From the sequence record DRR378314_409: a stretch of 64,000 bases of DNA. One strand, written 5' to 3'. Below the pieces are notes generated by a model. That model was not told the DNA's origin, searched no databases, and saw only the letters and a program-made list of their open reading frames with translations. Shown here one piece after another: positions 63,207 to 64,000 of this stretch (positions are counted from its first letter, which is position 1; each line of letters opens with the position of its first letter). The position numbers were made by a program, and so were the translations under genes.

Positions 63207-64000
63207 ATGGCTTTTCCGCCGCAGTTTTTGGATGAAATCAGAAATAGAGTCAGTTTGTCCGAACTCATCGGCAGACGCACCAAGCTTGTGCGTAAAGGTC
63301 GTGAATATTCTGGTTTATGCCCGTTTCACAATGAAAAGACCCCGTCCTTTACCGTGAATGAGGATAAGGGCTTTTATCATTGTTTCGGGTGTGGTGCCCA
63401 TGGGGATCAGATTGAATTTATAAAACAAACCGAAGGTGTTGAGTTTCGAGAAGCCATCGAACGGCTGGCTGATATGGCGGGTCTTTCAATGCCAGTTGAA
63501 ACGCCCAGAGAACGTCAACGACAGAAACAAGCTGCGACCCTTCATGATGTTATGGAAATGGCCGCAAGCTGGTTTGTCGCACAGTTGTCCTCCCAAGCTG
63601 CCAAATATGCGCGAGACTACATTCAGCAAAGGAAGGTTTCGGGAGAAGCTCAAGCAGAGTTTCGCTTAGGCTACGCTCCAAGCAGTCGGACCGCGTTAAA
63701 AGAAGCTTTGCTGGCGCGGGAGGTCCCTGAAGATCTATTGCTGCAGGCCGGCCTCATTATTAAACCGGAAGACGGACGTCCCAGTTATGATCGGTTTCGT
63801 GAGCGGCTGATATTTCCAATTGCTGATCGTCAAGGACGGGTTATTGCTTTTGGCGGTAGGGCCCTCGGAGATGCGCCGGCGAAATACCTGAATTCCCCGG
63901 ATACAGTCCTGTTTCATAAAGGGCATGTACTTTATAACATGCCGACCGCCAGAAAAGCGGCCTTTGACACGGGTACTGTGATTGTCGCTGAAGGGTATAT
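63207..64000 (+). CDS. dnaG: DNA primase, 5' part (runs off the window)
   Basis: Not in the ORF track; ATG at 63207 reads MAFPPQFLDEIRNR..GLCPFHNEKTPSF..YHCFGCG, later RFRERLIFPI and KYLNSP. Confidence 0.97.
   Translation, partial: MAFPPQFLDEIRNRVSLSELIGRRTKLVRKGREYSGLCPFHNEKTPSFTVNEDKGFYHCFGCGAHGDQIEFIKQTEGVEFREAIERLADMAGLSMPVETPRERQRQKQAATLHDVMEMAASWFVAQLSSQAAKYARDYIQQRKVSGEAQAEFRLGYAPSSRTALKEALLAREVPEDLLLQAGLIIKPEDGRPSYDRFRERLIFPIADRQGRVIAFGGRALGDAPAKYLNSPDTVLFHKGHVLYNMPTARKAAFDTGTVIVAEGY

Noticed and set aside
63436-63926. Short ORFs 63436-63669 (+) and 63735-63926 (-)
   Set aside because: Both lie within the dnaG reading frame

Overview
Core chromosomal region of an alphaproteobacterium. 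Gene content and order suggest a Rhodospirillales/Sneathiellales-like organism (inference). About 60 CDS are housekeeping genes: 3' end of upp, hemF, trmL, petABC, mtnP-apt, ychF-pth-rplY-prs, pgeF-lgt, proC, petP/petR with a sensor kinase, Moco genes, uvrC, uvrB, aspartate aminotransferase, an EF-G paralogue, msrP, lsrB/vtlR-trxB-lrp, metY, prpE, greA-carB-carA and the 5' part of dnaG. I saw no rRNA, tRNA, CRISPR array or mobile element. The unexplained structure is non-coding. (1) Three tandem, paralogous, multi-hairpin sRNA candidates with anti-Shine-Dalgarno loops lie directly downstream of lsrB/vtlR (the AbcR position), each with its own terminator and a LysR-type box upstream. (2) Related units sharing a CCCUGU-type core occur in three more intergenic regions, one behind a perfect CtrA box. 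(3) A DnaA-box trio plus an IHF consensus site lies upstream of uvrC and resembles the E. coli DARS elements. All assignments were made by eye; no database searches or folding programs were run.
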